In this document: positions 8,199-17,411 of the stretch, in pieces | How positions within the stretch are numbered: position 1 is the stretch's first letter | Layout: the number at the start of each line of letters is the position of its first letter | From: Anaerohalosphaeraceae bacterium | GTDB lineage: Bacteria > Planctomycetota > Phycisphaerae > Sedimentisphaerales > Anaerohalosphaeraceae | NCBI GenBank assembly: GCA_050309605.1 | Contig: JBNRMN010000055.1 | Location: 1 to 21,635 of the forward strand | Reading direction: 5' to 3' | DNA length: 21,635 nucleotides | Notes under the pieces: generated by a model | The model's input: only the letters and a program-made list of their open reading frames with translations | What the model was told of the DNA's origin: nothing | Databases searched by the model: none | Translations under genes and position numbers: made by a program

Positions 8199-9566
8199 TT
8201 ATAAAATCTCATTTCGAATTGTTTCGATCTGTTCGGTCCAGCGGTGAACGGTGTCGGGGTCTTTGGCTTCCATGATAATGCGCATAATCGGCTCGGTGTT
8301 ACTGGTGCGAATGTGGATCCAGCCATCGGGCAAATCCAATCGGCATCCATCGGTTGTATCCATACGAGCCTCGGCAAAGACGGTTTTGGCTTTTTCGATA
8401 ATCGCCTGAGCCTGCTGTTTGTCGGCGGGATATTTAGTCTTGACCATGACATAGCCGCCGATCTCGTCGGCCAGTTTGCCGACCGGCTTGCCGGTCTCGG
8501 CCATCAACTGCAAGACCAGTGCCATTGCAACCAGGCTGTCGCGTACCGGCCCGATCCGCAGATCGATGACGCCGCCGTTGCCCTCGCCGCCGATAATACA
8601 CTGATGCTCAAGCATGGCTTCAGCAACATTGGCCTCGCCCACGGCCGTGCGAATGACCGAGCCGCCCGCGGCGGCGGCGATGTCGTCAATCATTCGCGAC
8701 GTCGAAAGATTGGCCGCGGCGGTACCGCTTTGCTTGCTGAAGATATACCTGGCCGCCAGCGCCAGGGAATACTCCTCGCCGATATAACGGCCCTGCTCAT
8801 CCACAATGGCCAGCCGGTCGGCGTCCGGATCCTGGGCAAAGCCGATGTGGGCCTTGTGCTGTTTGACCTTGCCGCACAAATCCGTCAGATTCTCAGCCGT
8901 CGGTTCGGGGGGATGGGCAAACAGGCCGGTCGGTTCGATGTTCAGCGGAACCACCTCACAGCCGAGTTTCTCAAGCAGGTAGCGTCCCGCCACCCCGCCG
9001 GCGCCGTTGACACTGTCCAGCACCACCTTGTACTGCTTTTCAGCGATAAGGGCGGGGTTGACCACCGCCATTACTTTTTCCGTATGGACGCGCGGCGTTT
9101 GGCCGTTGCAGGTGATTTTTCCGCAGTGCAGTGAGTCGGCCAGGAAAAACATCCGTTGATGATACCGTCCGATGATGGCCTCGGCCATGGAACGAGGCGG
9201 CGCGATGCCGTTGTCCAGCAGTAACTTAATGCCGTTCCACGGAATCGGATTGTGACTGGCGGTGATAATGACCCCGCCGTCGCAATGCAGATGCCGCACC
9301 ATAATGCCGACGCCCGGCGTCGAACAAATGCCCAGATCCACCACATCAACGCCGCCGGCGGCCAGTCCGGCCGCAACGGCGGAAAACATCATCTGGCCGG
9401 ACGGACGTGAGTCGCGACCCACCGCCACAGTCAGTTTCTTATCCGGTTTGCGCTCCTGCAAAAAGGCGCCGAACGCGCACCCGTAAGCTGCGGCGATTTC
9501 CGGCGTGAGATTTTCGCCGACAATACCCCGCATTCCGCTGATACTGATTATCAATTCCTGTGGCAT
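8199..9566 (-). CDS. glmM: Phosphoglucosamine mutase / alpha-D-phosphohexomutase
   Basis: GRDSRPSG, phosphoserine loop TASHNP, metal loop DPDADR, sugar loop GEGNGG and RTSNTEP. ATG at 9566 is preferred (9578 is an alternative start). The family is clear; substrate specificity is inferred. Confidence 0.82.
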   Translation of the reverse strand: MPQELIISISGMRGIVGENLTPEIAAAYGCAFGAFLQERKPDKKLTVAVGRDSRPSGQMMFSAVAAGLAAGGVDVVDLGICSTPGVGIMVRHLHCDGGVIITASHNPIPWNGIKLLLDNGIAPPRSMAEAIIGRYHQRMFFLADSLHCGKITCNGQTPRVHTEKVMAVVNPALIAEKQYKVVLDSVNGAGGVAGRYLLEKLGCEVVPLNIEPTGLFAHPPEPTAENLTDLCGKVKQHKAHIGFAQDPDADRLAIVDEQGRYIGEEYSLALAARYIFSKQSGTAAANLSTSRMIDDIAAAAGGSVIRTAVGEANVAEAMLEHQCIIGGEGNGGVIDLRIGPVRDSLVAMALVLQLMAETGKPVGKLADEIGGYVMVKTKYPADKQQAQAIIEKAKTVFAEARMDTTDGCRLDLPDGWIHIRTSNTEPIMRIIMEAKDPDTVHRWTEQIETIRNEIL

Positions 9567-9598
9567 AGTTCTGAACACAACTTGGTTTTTTTCGGATT

Positions 9599-11338
9599 CT
9601 ATAATTTTCGAGAATGTTCCAGCGTCAGTTTGAGTTTTTCAACAAGCGTCTGGACCTGTTTGTCTTTCAGGGCCAGAATATCCCGCAGGGCCTGGCCGAT
9701 ATGCGGCAGGTAGGTCTCGATATAGCTGCGCTTGACCATTTCTTCCCGAATACGCTTTTGACGGCGGACGTGAATGCCCAGTTTGCGTCCGCATTCCTGA
9801 ATCGCCAGTTTGATTTCCTTGATGATTTCCGGATAATGGGCCACGGCCTCTTTGCTTTCGGAGGTAAACGGAACCCAGACCGAGGCAATATGCACCATCA
9901 GCAGCAGCGGCCCGGCCGGCAGTGCACCTTTGCTCTGGCTCAGGCCGTAATTGCGCCAGTTGGTCTCCAGCACTGCCTTATAGGTCGCACAAGCCGATTG
10001 CTGATACAGCAGCGGCACCCGATTGGCAAATCGAACCAGCCGCATCAGCGGCTCTTTATCGTCACCGTTGCCGCTGCCGTTTTTACAGCCAAAGGCCAGT
10101 GCCGCCTCGACAATAAACGGATTGCCGCGATAGACCGCCGGTCGGCGGGTGCAGCTTGAGTAAAAGTCCGCCTCCACGACGCGTTTCAGTCCTTCGATGA
10201 GCTTTTCTTCGCCGATCGGGCCGATGCAATCGGTCGGGGGAGCCAGCAGCTTGGTGGCGTTAATTGACTCATAAAGTTTTTCGGCGTCTTTGAGCGTCAT
10301 CTTGTCGGGTTTGAGGTTAACCGACAGTTTGGCCTTTTTACATATCTCGCCGGCCAGGCGCTCGCTGACGCGCGAAAAATCCCGCCGCAGAAAGTCCCTC
10401 AACTTCTTAGCCGAGCTTTGTCGTGCCATCTTGAACAACACGCCCAGTTCCACGCCGTAAGGGTGCGGCTTGATTTCCATCGGAATAAACGGCAGTTCCT
10501 CCGTCTGACGAGGATACTCAACTGTATTGCCGTCAGGCGTATGATAAATGATTGTCGCATGCGGATTGGCCATCGCGGTCTGCGCCAGATATTCATCCAC
10601 ACTTTGCTTGCCTTTTTGATATCGGCCTTCCAGTGCGATGGTGACGCTTGTGCCCGTGGGCAAATCAAATTCGCACTCCTGATCGAGGATCACATCCGGA
10701 CGGTTGCGCATCGTATCAATCTGCACATGATAATGCATTGCCGGCTTTTTGGGATGGGTGCGCGTGATAATCTGCACCGGTTCGCCTGTGGTCAGCAGGC
10801 CGTACATCCCCGCCGCGCTGATGCCGATGCCCTGCTGGCCGCGGCTCATCTTGAGGGTGTGAAATTTGCTGCCGTAGAGCAGACGGGCGAAGATATTGGG
10901 CACCTGTTTGGCGACGATCCCCGGCCCGTTGTCCTTGACCATGACCCGAAATTTATTATCACTGCCGTTGAAGGCTTCAATCCTCACCGACACCGTCGGC
11001 AGGATGTGCGCCTCTTCGCAGGCATCCAGTGCATTGTCCACCGCCTCTTTAATGGCCGTGAGCAGCGCTTTTCGCGGATTATCAAATCCGAGCAAATGGC
11101 GGTTTTTGGCGAAAAACTCACTAACGCTGATGTCCCGCTGTTTTGCGGCCATACTCTCGGCGGTCGCAGCCTGATGCGCTCGACGGGCCTTTTTTTTTCC
11201 GCCGCCACCGGACACCGCCGCACCCTTTGCCGACTCGGCGGCGGGCTGCGGCGCGTCAAGTACCGCAATCGCCGCCTCATCGGCAGGGTCAAACGCAAAA
11301 TCCAGTTGTTTCGAATCCTTCTTCTTTCGTGCCGTCAT
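9599..11338 (-). CDS. top6B: DNA topoisomerase VI subunit B
   Basis: SVSEFFAKNRHLLGF, GHKL motifs EAVDNALDA / DNGPGI / GSKF..SRGQQGIGISAA, an H2TH-like segment, and transducer motifs RFANRVPLLYQ and VPFTSESKEAVA. Confidence 0.96.
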   Translation of the reverse strand: MTARKKKDSKQLDFAFDPADEAAIAVLDAPQPAAESAKGAAVSGGGGKKKARRAHQAATAESMAAKQRDISVSEFFAKNRHLLGFDNPRKALLTAIKEAVDNALDACEEAHILPTVSVRIEAFNGSDNKFRVMVKDNGPGIVAKQVPNIFARLLYGSKFHTLKMSRGQQGIGISAAGMYGLLTTGEPVQIITRTHPKKPAMHYHVQIDTMRNRPDVILDQECEFDLPTGTSVTIALEGRYQKGKQSVDEYLAQTAMANPHATIIYHTPDGNTVEYPRQTEELPFIPMEIKPHPYGVELGVLFKMARQSSAKKLRDFLRRDFSRVSERLAGEICKKAKLSVNLKPDKMTLKDAEKLYESINATKLLAPPTDCIGPIGEEKLIEGLKRVVEADFYSSCTRRPAVYRGNPFIVEAALAFGCKNGSGNGDDKEPLMRLVRFANRVPLLYQQSACATYKAVLETNWRNYGLSQSKGALPAGPLLLMVHIASVWVPFTSESKEAVAHYPEIIKEIKLAIQECGRKLGIHVRRQKRIREEMVKRSYIETYLPHIGQALRDILALKDKQVQTLVEKLKLTLEHSRKL

Positions 11339-11356
11339 TCCATTCTCACCTACGAT

Positions 11357-12946
11357 TTACTGCAATTTGCAGATGTACATCTCATTGACAAATTCAAGCT
11401 TGGACAGCTCATCGGCCGCTTTGGCATCCGGCGTCTTATCCAGACTGACTGCCAGAATAGCTTGGCCTTCTTCCAGTTTGTGGCCGACACCCATCGTGTT
11501 GATATTGACGCCGTGGTTGCCCAGCGTGGTGCCGATGGCGCCGATGACGCCGGGCTTGTCGTCATTGAAAATCACCACCATCGTCCCTTCCGGCGTCACC
11601 TCAATGCTGAAGCCGTCAATCTCGATAATGCGCAGCAGATTACCGCCGAAAACCGTGCCGCGAATGGTGCGTTTGACCTTGTCGGTTTTGACCGTCGCGG
11701 AAAAACTCGATTCAAGGTCTTTGATTTCGGCGTTCTTGGTCACATCAACGCTGATGCCGCGCTCTTTGGCCAGCAGACCGACATTGACCATATTGACCAC
11801 GGTATCGAAATGCGGCTGCAGCAAGCCGATGGTAAATGACGTCGTCACCGCCTCGACTGCTTTTTCGGCAATGGCGCCGCGATATTCGACCTTGATGTTC
11901 TGAATATGGCCGGGCGCAATGGTGGACATCACCGAACCGATACGCTGAGCCAGCTCGGCATAACGACACACAATCGGGGCAACACCGGCGCCCATGGCCG
12001 GGGCGTTCAGCGCGTTGCGAATCGGGCCGCCCTTGATGGCATCCACAAGGATCCGTGCGGCCTCAACGGCGACTTCAATCTGAGCCTCTTCCGTACTGGC
12101 GCCCAGGTGCGGCGTGACCAGGCAATTGGGGCACTCGGTAAACCGGGTATTGTCCGGCGGCTCTTTCGAGAAGACATCCAGCGCCGCACCGGCAATCGTA
12201 CCGGCCGTCAGTGCATTATACAGGTCATCCTCATTGATAATCCCGCCGCGGGCGCAGTTCATAATCCGACACGTCGGCTTCATCATCTTCAGCTCTTTGG
12301 CGCCGATCATATTCAGCGTCTGCTCATTGCGCGGCACGTGCAGCGAAATGAAATCGGATTCTTTGTAGATGCGTTCGAGATTATCGGTCACCTCGATGCC
12401 CAATTCCTCGGCTTCTTTCGGCGCGGCAAATGGATCATAACCGATGACTTTCATATTGAATCCCAGCGCCATTCGCACCACCGCCATACCGATACGACCC
12501 AATCCGATCACGCCCAGCGTCTTATTATTGAGCTGGTTGCCGGTGTAACTTTTGCGGTCCCACTTGCCGTCTTTCAGGCTGTTGCAGGCCGGCACGACAT
12601 TGCGGCTCAGCGCCAGCATCAGCGCCATTGTGTGCTCGGCCGCACTCATTGTATTGCCGCCGGGGGTGTTCATCACAATGATGCCTTTGCGCGTCGCCGT
12701 CGGCACATCGACGTTATCGATCCCGACGCCGGCGCGGGCAATTGCCTTGAGTTTGCCGGAATGTTCAAGAACGTTGGCGGTGACCTGCGTGCCGCTGCGG
12801 ATAATCAGTCCGTCAAAGTCACCAATAATTTTGATCAACTCCTCCTCACTCAGTCCCGTCCTGACAACCGGCTCAAAATCCGGCGTGGATTTGAGTAAAT
12901 CGATTCCTTCCTGGGCCAATTTGTCGCTGATTAAGACTCTGTACAT
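11357..12946 (-). CDS. serA: D-3-phosphoglycerate dehydrogenase (long form with ASB and ACT domains)
   Basis: RAGVGIDNVD, GLGRIG Rossmann motif, NCARGG, TPHLGASTEEAQ, and a C-terminal ACT domain DDKPGVIGAIG. Confidence 0.97.
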   Translation of the reverse strand: MYRVLISDKLAQEGIDLLKSTPDFEPVVRTGLSEEELIKIIGDFDGLIIRSGTQVTANVLEHSGKLKAIARAGVGIDNVDVPTATRKGIIVMNTPGGNTMSAAEHTMALMLALSRNVVPACNSLKDGKWDRKSYTGNQLNNKTLGVIGLGRIGMAVVRMALGFNMKVIGYDPFAAPKEAEELGIEVTDNLERIYKESDFISLHVPRNEQTLNMIGAKELKMMKPTCRIMNCARGGIINEDDLYNALTAGTIAGAALDVFSKEPPDNTRFTECPNCLVTPHLGASTEEAQIEVAVEAARILVDAIKGGPIRNALNAPAMGAGVAPIVCRYAELAQRIGSVMSTIAPGHIQNIKVEYRGAIAEKAVEAVTTSFTIGLLQPHFDTVVNMVNVGLLAKERGISVDVTKNAEIKDLESSFSATVKTDKVKRTIRGTVFGGNLLRIIEIDGFSIEVTPEGTMVVIFNDDKPGVIGAIGTTLGNHGVNINTMGVGHKLEEGQAILAVSLDKTPDAKAADELSKLEFVNEMYICKLQ

Positions 12947-12955
12947 TGAAGTCTC

Positions 12956-13609
12956 CTAAAAAGTTTCCATTTCGAACGCTTCCTGTACGGAGATGCGTTC
13001 ATCCGAGTTTTTGTAATACATTTTTACGATGGGATACAGATTTCGCACAATACAATGCGCCGTTGAAGCCGACATCTGCGACAAGACCGCCACCCGGCCG
13101 CCCTGCCCCAGTTCAATGGCAATATCGTGAACTTTACCCTGCTCGCTTTTGGGCCAAACCGGCCGATTGGACTGAACATCCAAAAGCAGTGCGCGTGTGA
13201 GCATACGTCCGAAATAATAATCACGAATGTTCAGCGGAAGCAGCTCGTACTCTTCGATGCGCACCATCAGCACCAGTTCCGTGCCCGCCTGTTGGGCGGC
13301 CGCTTCGGGCGTCTGGACACCGTCCGGCGCACCGGTTCGACTGTCGGACTGAACCTGTACATTGTCGGGCTTGATCCTGGCTCGTGCGACCAGATGGTCG
13401 TAAAGTGAGGCGGCCAGTTTCTCGGCGGCATCGACATCCGCCGCCGCCGAACGCGGCGCCTCGACCCAGATCAGCACTTTTTTATCCTGATTGGCGACCA
13501 GGTCATACTCCGGCTTGACTTTGCCGTAGATACCGGCATTGCCGCAGCCGGCCGCCATCACGGCCAGTGCCGCCGCCGCGAACAAACAGGCTGTATTAAT
13601 TGCTTTCAT
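12956..13609 (-). CDS. Hypothetical lipoprotein
   Basis: Signal peptide with lipobox MAAG|C and a GAGG RBS upstream. It is tightly packed between its neighbours. Confidence 0.8.
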   Translation of the reverse strand: MKAINTACLFAAAALAVMAAGCGNAGIYGKVKPEYDLVANQDKKVLIWVEAPRSAAADVDAAEKLAASLYDHLVARARIKPDNVQVQSDSRTGAPDGVQTPEAAAQQAGTELVLMVRIEEYELLPLNIRDYYFGRMLTRALLLDVQSNRPVWPKSEQGKVHDIAIELGQGGRVAVLSQMSASTAHCIVRNLYPIVKMYYKNSDERISVQEAFEMETF

Positions 13610-13619
13610 CTTTAACCTC

Positions 13620-14093
13620 TTACCGTCCGTTTCCCTGCATGACAGCGCTCAGAACTGTAACCATCCAGCCGGCTAAAATGATGATCGCTGCGCAGACCGC
13701 TAAATACGTTATCCCGACCGTCTTGACCAGACGGCTCAGAAAGTTAAACTCTATCCCAAACACAACGATAAGTAAAGCATAAATCCCGACCGCCAGTGCC
13801 GCCGTACAAAAAAAAGCCGCCGCCGGCTGAATCATAAACGCCTGAACCGGATGGCCGGTTACAAACAGTTCCATCGCGTGCGTCCAGCCGCAGCCCGGAC
13901 ACGGCAGGCCGTATCGCTGTTTGAACCCGCAAACCCCCACCCAGAATCCCAGATGGATCGTGCCTTTCGCCGAAAACCATAAAACCGCTGTCAGCGCCGC
14001 CAGCGCCACAAAAATCAGCGCTGCTGCGATTCGACAGGCAAACGAACATTTCGGTCTTAAATTTCCGGAATTTGTCTGTTGGCGTTCAGGCAT
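13620..14093 (-). CDS. DUF2752-family membrane protein
   Basis: C-x-F...GLPCPGCGWT motif between hydrophobic helices. Confidence 0.85.
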   Translation of the reverse strand: MPERQQTNSGNLRPKCSFACRIAAALIFVALAALTAVLWFSAKGTIHLGFWVGVCGFKQRYGLPCPGCGWTHAMELFVTGHPVQAFMIQPAAAFFCTAALAVGIYALLIVVFGIEFNFLSRLVKTVGITYLAVCAAIIILAGWMVTVLSAVMQGNGR

Positions 14094-14107
14094 AAGGGTG
14101 TTAAAAT
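14079..14107 (+). promoter_or_regulatory. Sigma70-like extended -10 promoter for the inositol monophosphatase gene
   Basis: TTGGCG (14079-14084)-N17-TAAAAT (14102-14107) with TGn before the -10. An AAGGAG RBS precedes ATG 14148. Confidence 0.5.
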
Positions 14108-14131
14108 AGAGGCCGTATAAGGAATTGTCAA
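14103..14131 (-). promoter_or_regulatory. Sigma70-like promoter for the leftward gene run
   Basis: TTGACA (14131-14126)-N17-TATTTT (14108-14103). Confidence 0.6.
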
Positions 14132-14147
14132 GGCGAAAGGAGCTTCA

Positions 14148-14963
14148 ATGACGCTTTCATACACGGAATTACGCCAAATGCTTGAGGCGGCGGTGGTCGC
14201 GGCCCGTTTGGGTGGACAGCGGGCGATGGAAGAACTGCGCTATGTCAGTCGAACCGTCAAAAACGGCGGTGAGCTGGTCACGCAAGCCGATCCGATCTGC
14301 CAGAAAATCATTATCGACCGAATTCGTGAAGCCTATCCCGATCACGGTTTTTTGGCCGAGGAAGGGACCGACGGCAAGCCGCTGAAGTGGACGCCGCGAG
14401 GCGACCAGGCGGTCTGGTGGGTAATCGATCCGATCGACGGAACCAATAATTACGCCAATGGATTGTTGTGTTTTTCGGTCAGCATTGCCGCCTTTATTGA
14501 AGGTCGCCCTGTCGTGGCCGTGGTGTTTGATCCGGCAACCGACTCGATGTTCACTGCCGTGCACGATGGCGATACGCAACTGAACACCGTCCGCATTACT
14601 GCCGGTCAAGACGGCATCACCAAGTTTGCCCTGTTCGGCATCGACAGCAATGCGAACCCGCGGACGGACCAGGCGGTTTGTCGATTGATGAGTACCTGCA
14701 GGATCCGGGCACTGGGGTCAACCGCCCTGCACCTGGCCTATGTTGCCCGCGGCGCTCTGATCGGGGCTGTGACCCATTCGGCGCGTCTTTGGGACATTGC
14801 CGCAGGCATTCTGCTGGTCGAACAGGCCGGTGGTCAGGTCACGGATCTGGACGGCAACCCCTTGCCGTCATTCGACTTGGATCAATATGACGGCGAACAA
14901 TACCCGGTTTTGGCAGCCACTAAGAAAACGCATCCCGAATTGTTGACCCTGTTCAAACAGTAA
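14148..14963 (+). CDS. suhB: Inositol monophosphatase family protein (SuhB-like)
   Basis: LVTQAD, FLAEE, WVIDPIDGTNNY, RALGSTAL and WDIAAG...EQAGG motifs. Confidence 0.88.
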   Translation: MTLSYTELRQMLEAAVVAARLGGQRAMEELRYVSRTVKNGGELVTQADPICQKIIIDRIREAYPDHGFLAEEGTDGKPLKWTPRGDQAVWWVIDPIDGTNNYANGLLCFSVSIAAFIEGRPVVAVVFDPATDSMFTAVHDGDTQLNTVRITAGQDGITKFALFGIDSNANPRTDQAVCRLMSTCRIRALGSTALHLAYVARGALIGAVTHSARLWDIAAGILLVEQAGGQVTDLDGNPLPSFDLDQYDGEQYPVLAATKKTHPELLTLFKQ

Positions 14964-15065
14964 AATAATCGGATAATAATTGAAACGCTGCAACATCAGA
15001 AGCGTCATAATAATGAGCCGGTATTGAAAAACAGAACCCATTTTTAGAATCAGGAGGCAAAAACA

Positions 15066-17411
15066 ATGAAATTACGTCCCCTTACCTCATTCATGGTTAC
15101 AGCCGTCGTCGTATGGGCCGCGGCGATTGCGCCGTTTCAGCCCGCTGCAACGGCGGCCGCCAATGACACACTGCTGGAAATGATTCCGGCAGATGTCGTG
15201 TTCTGCGTTCGGATCAATCAATTCAATACCGCTTTGGGCAGGATGGATCAGTATTTGGCCGGGGCCTCGCCGGTACCGGTCAGCTTGATTATGCTGGCTA
15301 ATATGCAGCTTGCTGGCATTGTCGGCGACCCGGCCCTGACCGGCATTGATAGAAACGGAACGTTTTCGCTGGTCGGTTTTGTCTCGGAGACCGGCATTGA
15401 AATGGCCGTGCTGGCGCCGGTAACCAGCTACGAAGAATTCATTCAAAACCCGGCCTGTTCAGCGACCGACAGACCTAATTTGACCTTGCTTTCGGCTCCC
15501 AGCTCGCCGGTTGGACCGCTGGCTATAATGCCCGCTCCGAGCGGCCAATTTGCCCTGGTCGGGCCTGAATTTGATCAAGATAATTTGCTCAAAGTGCATC
15601 AGCGACTGGCCGCAGGCGGCGCAAAACTGGCCTCCCGACTGGATGTTGAGCAAGTCGCTCAGGCGACCGCCGCCCCGGCATGGGCATTCGTCAATGTAGC
15701 CCATCTGTATGATCTGTTCGGGCCGATGGCGATAGAAGGTATCGGATCGATTATGGCTGAAATGCCGGAAGGTGAAGCCTTTAGCGAGATGTTCGAACAA
15801 GGAGTGCCGGTGCTCTCTGAAGCGGTCCAACTGTTCTGGGGACAGGCCGACGCGCTGACATTGGCCCTGACACCCGAACCGTCTGTAGCCAATCTGGACA
15901 TCACTTTTCGAGCGAAAAACGGCTCGGAATTGGGCGGAATGCTCGTTGCCGATCCGCAGGCTCGTCCGGGGTTTATGCTGGCAGGCTACGCCGACGATGC
16001 GGCGGCGATCAATGCCGTAATCAAGAACAATCGGCCGCTGGTAGAAAAACTGTTCAAGAAGTTCGCCAACATCCTGGAAGCCAATTCAAATGACAAACCG
16101 CTGCCTGAAGGGCTGGATCAGCTTTTCGCCTATATGGAAAAAGCCATCGGCGCTATGGGCAGTGAAACGTTCTTTTCCTACAATTACACCGCCGGTTTTC
16201 CACCGTTTATGATGCGTCAGGCCCAGCATACCTCTGATCCTTCTTTTTATAAAGAAGGGTTGCAGGAGGGCTTCGCCGCCGCCAACAGCTTTTATGCAGG
16301 GCTGGATCTGCCGATAAACCTCCAGTTTGACCAGCAAATGGAAACCTATAAAACTATCCAGATTGACCGATTTCAGATGATCTTTTCAAATGATCAGGAC
16401 GACGACGAGCTGGATATCCTGACCCAGATGTACGGCCAAGAAGGCTTCACTTATTATATGGCTCAAAAGGACGATTTAATATTCACTACATTTGGGCCGA
16501 ATGCCGTCAATGACATCAAGAGTATGATTGACACCACCTCGGCCGCCGCCCCTGCCGGCGAACTGCAAAAAGCCATCACGATTCTTGGCCCGACCGCACG
16601 CCAGGCCGATATGCTGGTCAGCGTCAACTATCTGAAACTGGTCAAAGGGTTGATGGGAACGGTTGCCCAGACAGTCGGCCCGATGGGAATGGGCGATATG
16701 TTCAGCATGATGGCCCAAGCCATGGATATTCAAACCCAAAGCTGTATGGCTGCCGGCATCCGTATTGCCGACGGCAAGATCGCCTCGCGCGTGGCTCTGC
16801 CCAAACAGCACCTGACCGAGATCATCACCGCCGCGATGCAAATCCAGCAGCACATAACGCAGCAGCAGATGGCAATGATGCAGTCTCAGGGCGGCATGGG
16901 CGGCGGTATGATGGGCGGCATGGCAGGTCAGCCCGAATCAACATCACCGTTTGCAGCCCCGACGCCGCCGGCGGCTCAGCGGACCGATCCGCTGCAGGCG
17001 TGGGTCGGTCAACCGACGCCGGATTTGAAAATGACCGACCTGCAGGGTAACGCCGTGAGCCTTGCCGATCTAAAAGGCAAAAAAATCGTTCTGGATTTCT
17101 GGGCGACGTGGTGTCCGCCGTGCAAGGATATGATTCCCGATCTGATAGCGCTGCGCCAGAGCTATGCACCGAATCAACTGGTCATTCTCGGCATCTCCAA
17201 CGAACCCATTGACCGACTGAATAAATTCGCCAAAGACTATCAGATGAATTATCCGGTCGTCCCGCACAGCGGACCGATGCCCGATCCATACAGCAAAGTA
17301 ACGGGGCTGCCGACGACATTTTTTATCGATTCAACCGGCGTCATTCGCCATGTCCTGGTCGGCTACCACGAAAAAGCGGAGATAAAAGCCGCGATTGACA
17401 GTCTGCAATAG
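15066..17411 (+). CDS. Secreted multidomain protein with C-terminal TlpA/redoxin (thioredoxin-fold) domain
   Basis: AGGAGG RBS and signal peptide, ~560-aa unknown domain, Q/M/G/P-rich linker, then LADLKGKKIVLDFWATWCPPC...GLPTTFFID..GVIR. Confidence 0.9.
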   Translation: MKLRPLTSFMVTAVVVWAAAIAPFQPAATAAANDTLLEMIPADVVFCVRINQFNTALGRMDQYLAGASPVPVSLIMLANMQLAGIVGDPALTGIDRNGTFSLVGFVSETGIEMAVLAPVTSYEEFIQNPACSATDRPNLTLLSAPSSPVGPLAIMPAPSGQFALVGPEFDQDNLLKVHQRLAAGGAKLASRLDVEQVAQATAAPAWAFVNVAHLYDLFGPMAIEGIGSIMAEMPEGEAFSEMFEQGVPVLSEAVQLFWGQADALTLALTPEPSVANLDITFRAKNGSELGGMLVADPQARPGFMLAGYADDAAAINAVIKNNRPLVEKLFKKFANILEANSNDKPLPEGLDQLFAYMEKAIGAMGSETFFSYNYTAGFPPFMMRQAQHTSDPSFYKEGLQEGFAAANSFYAGLDLPINLQFDQQMETYKTIQIDRFQMIFSNDQDDDELDILTQMYGQEGFTYYMAQKDDLIFTTFGPNAVNDIKSMIDTTSAAAPAGELQKAITILGPTARQADMLVSVNYLKLVKGLMGTVAQTVGPMGMGDMFSMMAQAMDIQTQSCMAAGIRIADGKIASRVALPKQHLTEIITAAMQIQQHITQQQMAMMQSQGGMGGGMMGGMAGQPESTSPFAAPTPPAAQRTDPLQAWVGQPTPDLKMTDLQGNAVSLADLKGKKIVLDFWATWCPPCKDMIPDLIALRQSYAPNQLVILGISNEPIDRLNKFAKDYQMNYPVVPHSGPMPDPYSKVTGLPTTFFIDSTGVIRHVLVGYHEKAEIKAAIDSLQ

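Noticed and set aside
10418..12898. Long plus-strand ORFs (473 aa and 330 aa) opposite top6B and serA, considered as a hidden top6A or overlapping genes
   Set aside because: They are antisense to well-conserved genes, lack recognisable motifs, and are expected from codon bias in GC-rich DNA.
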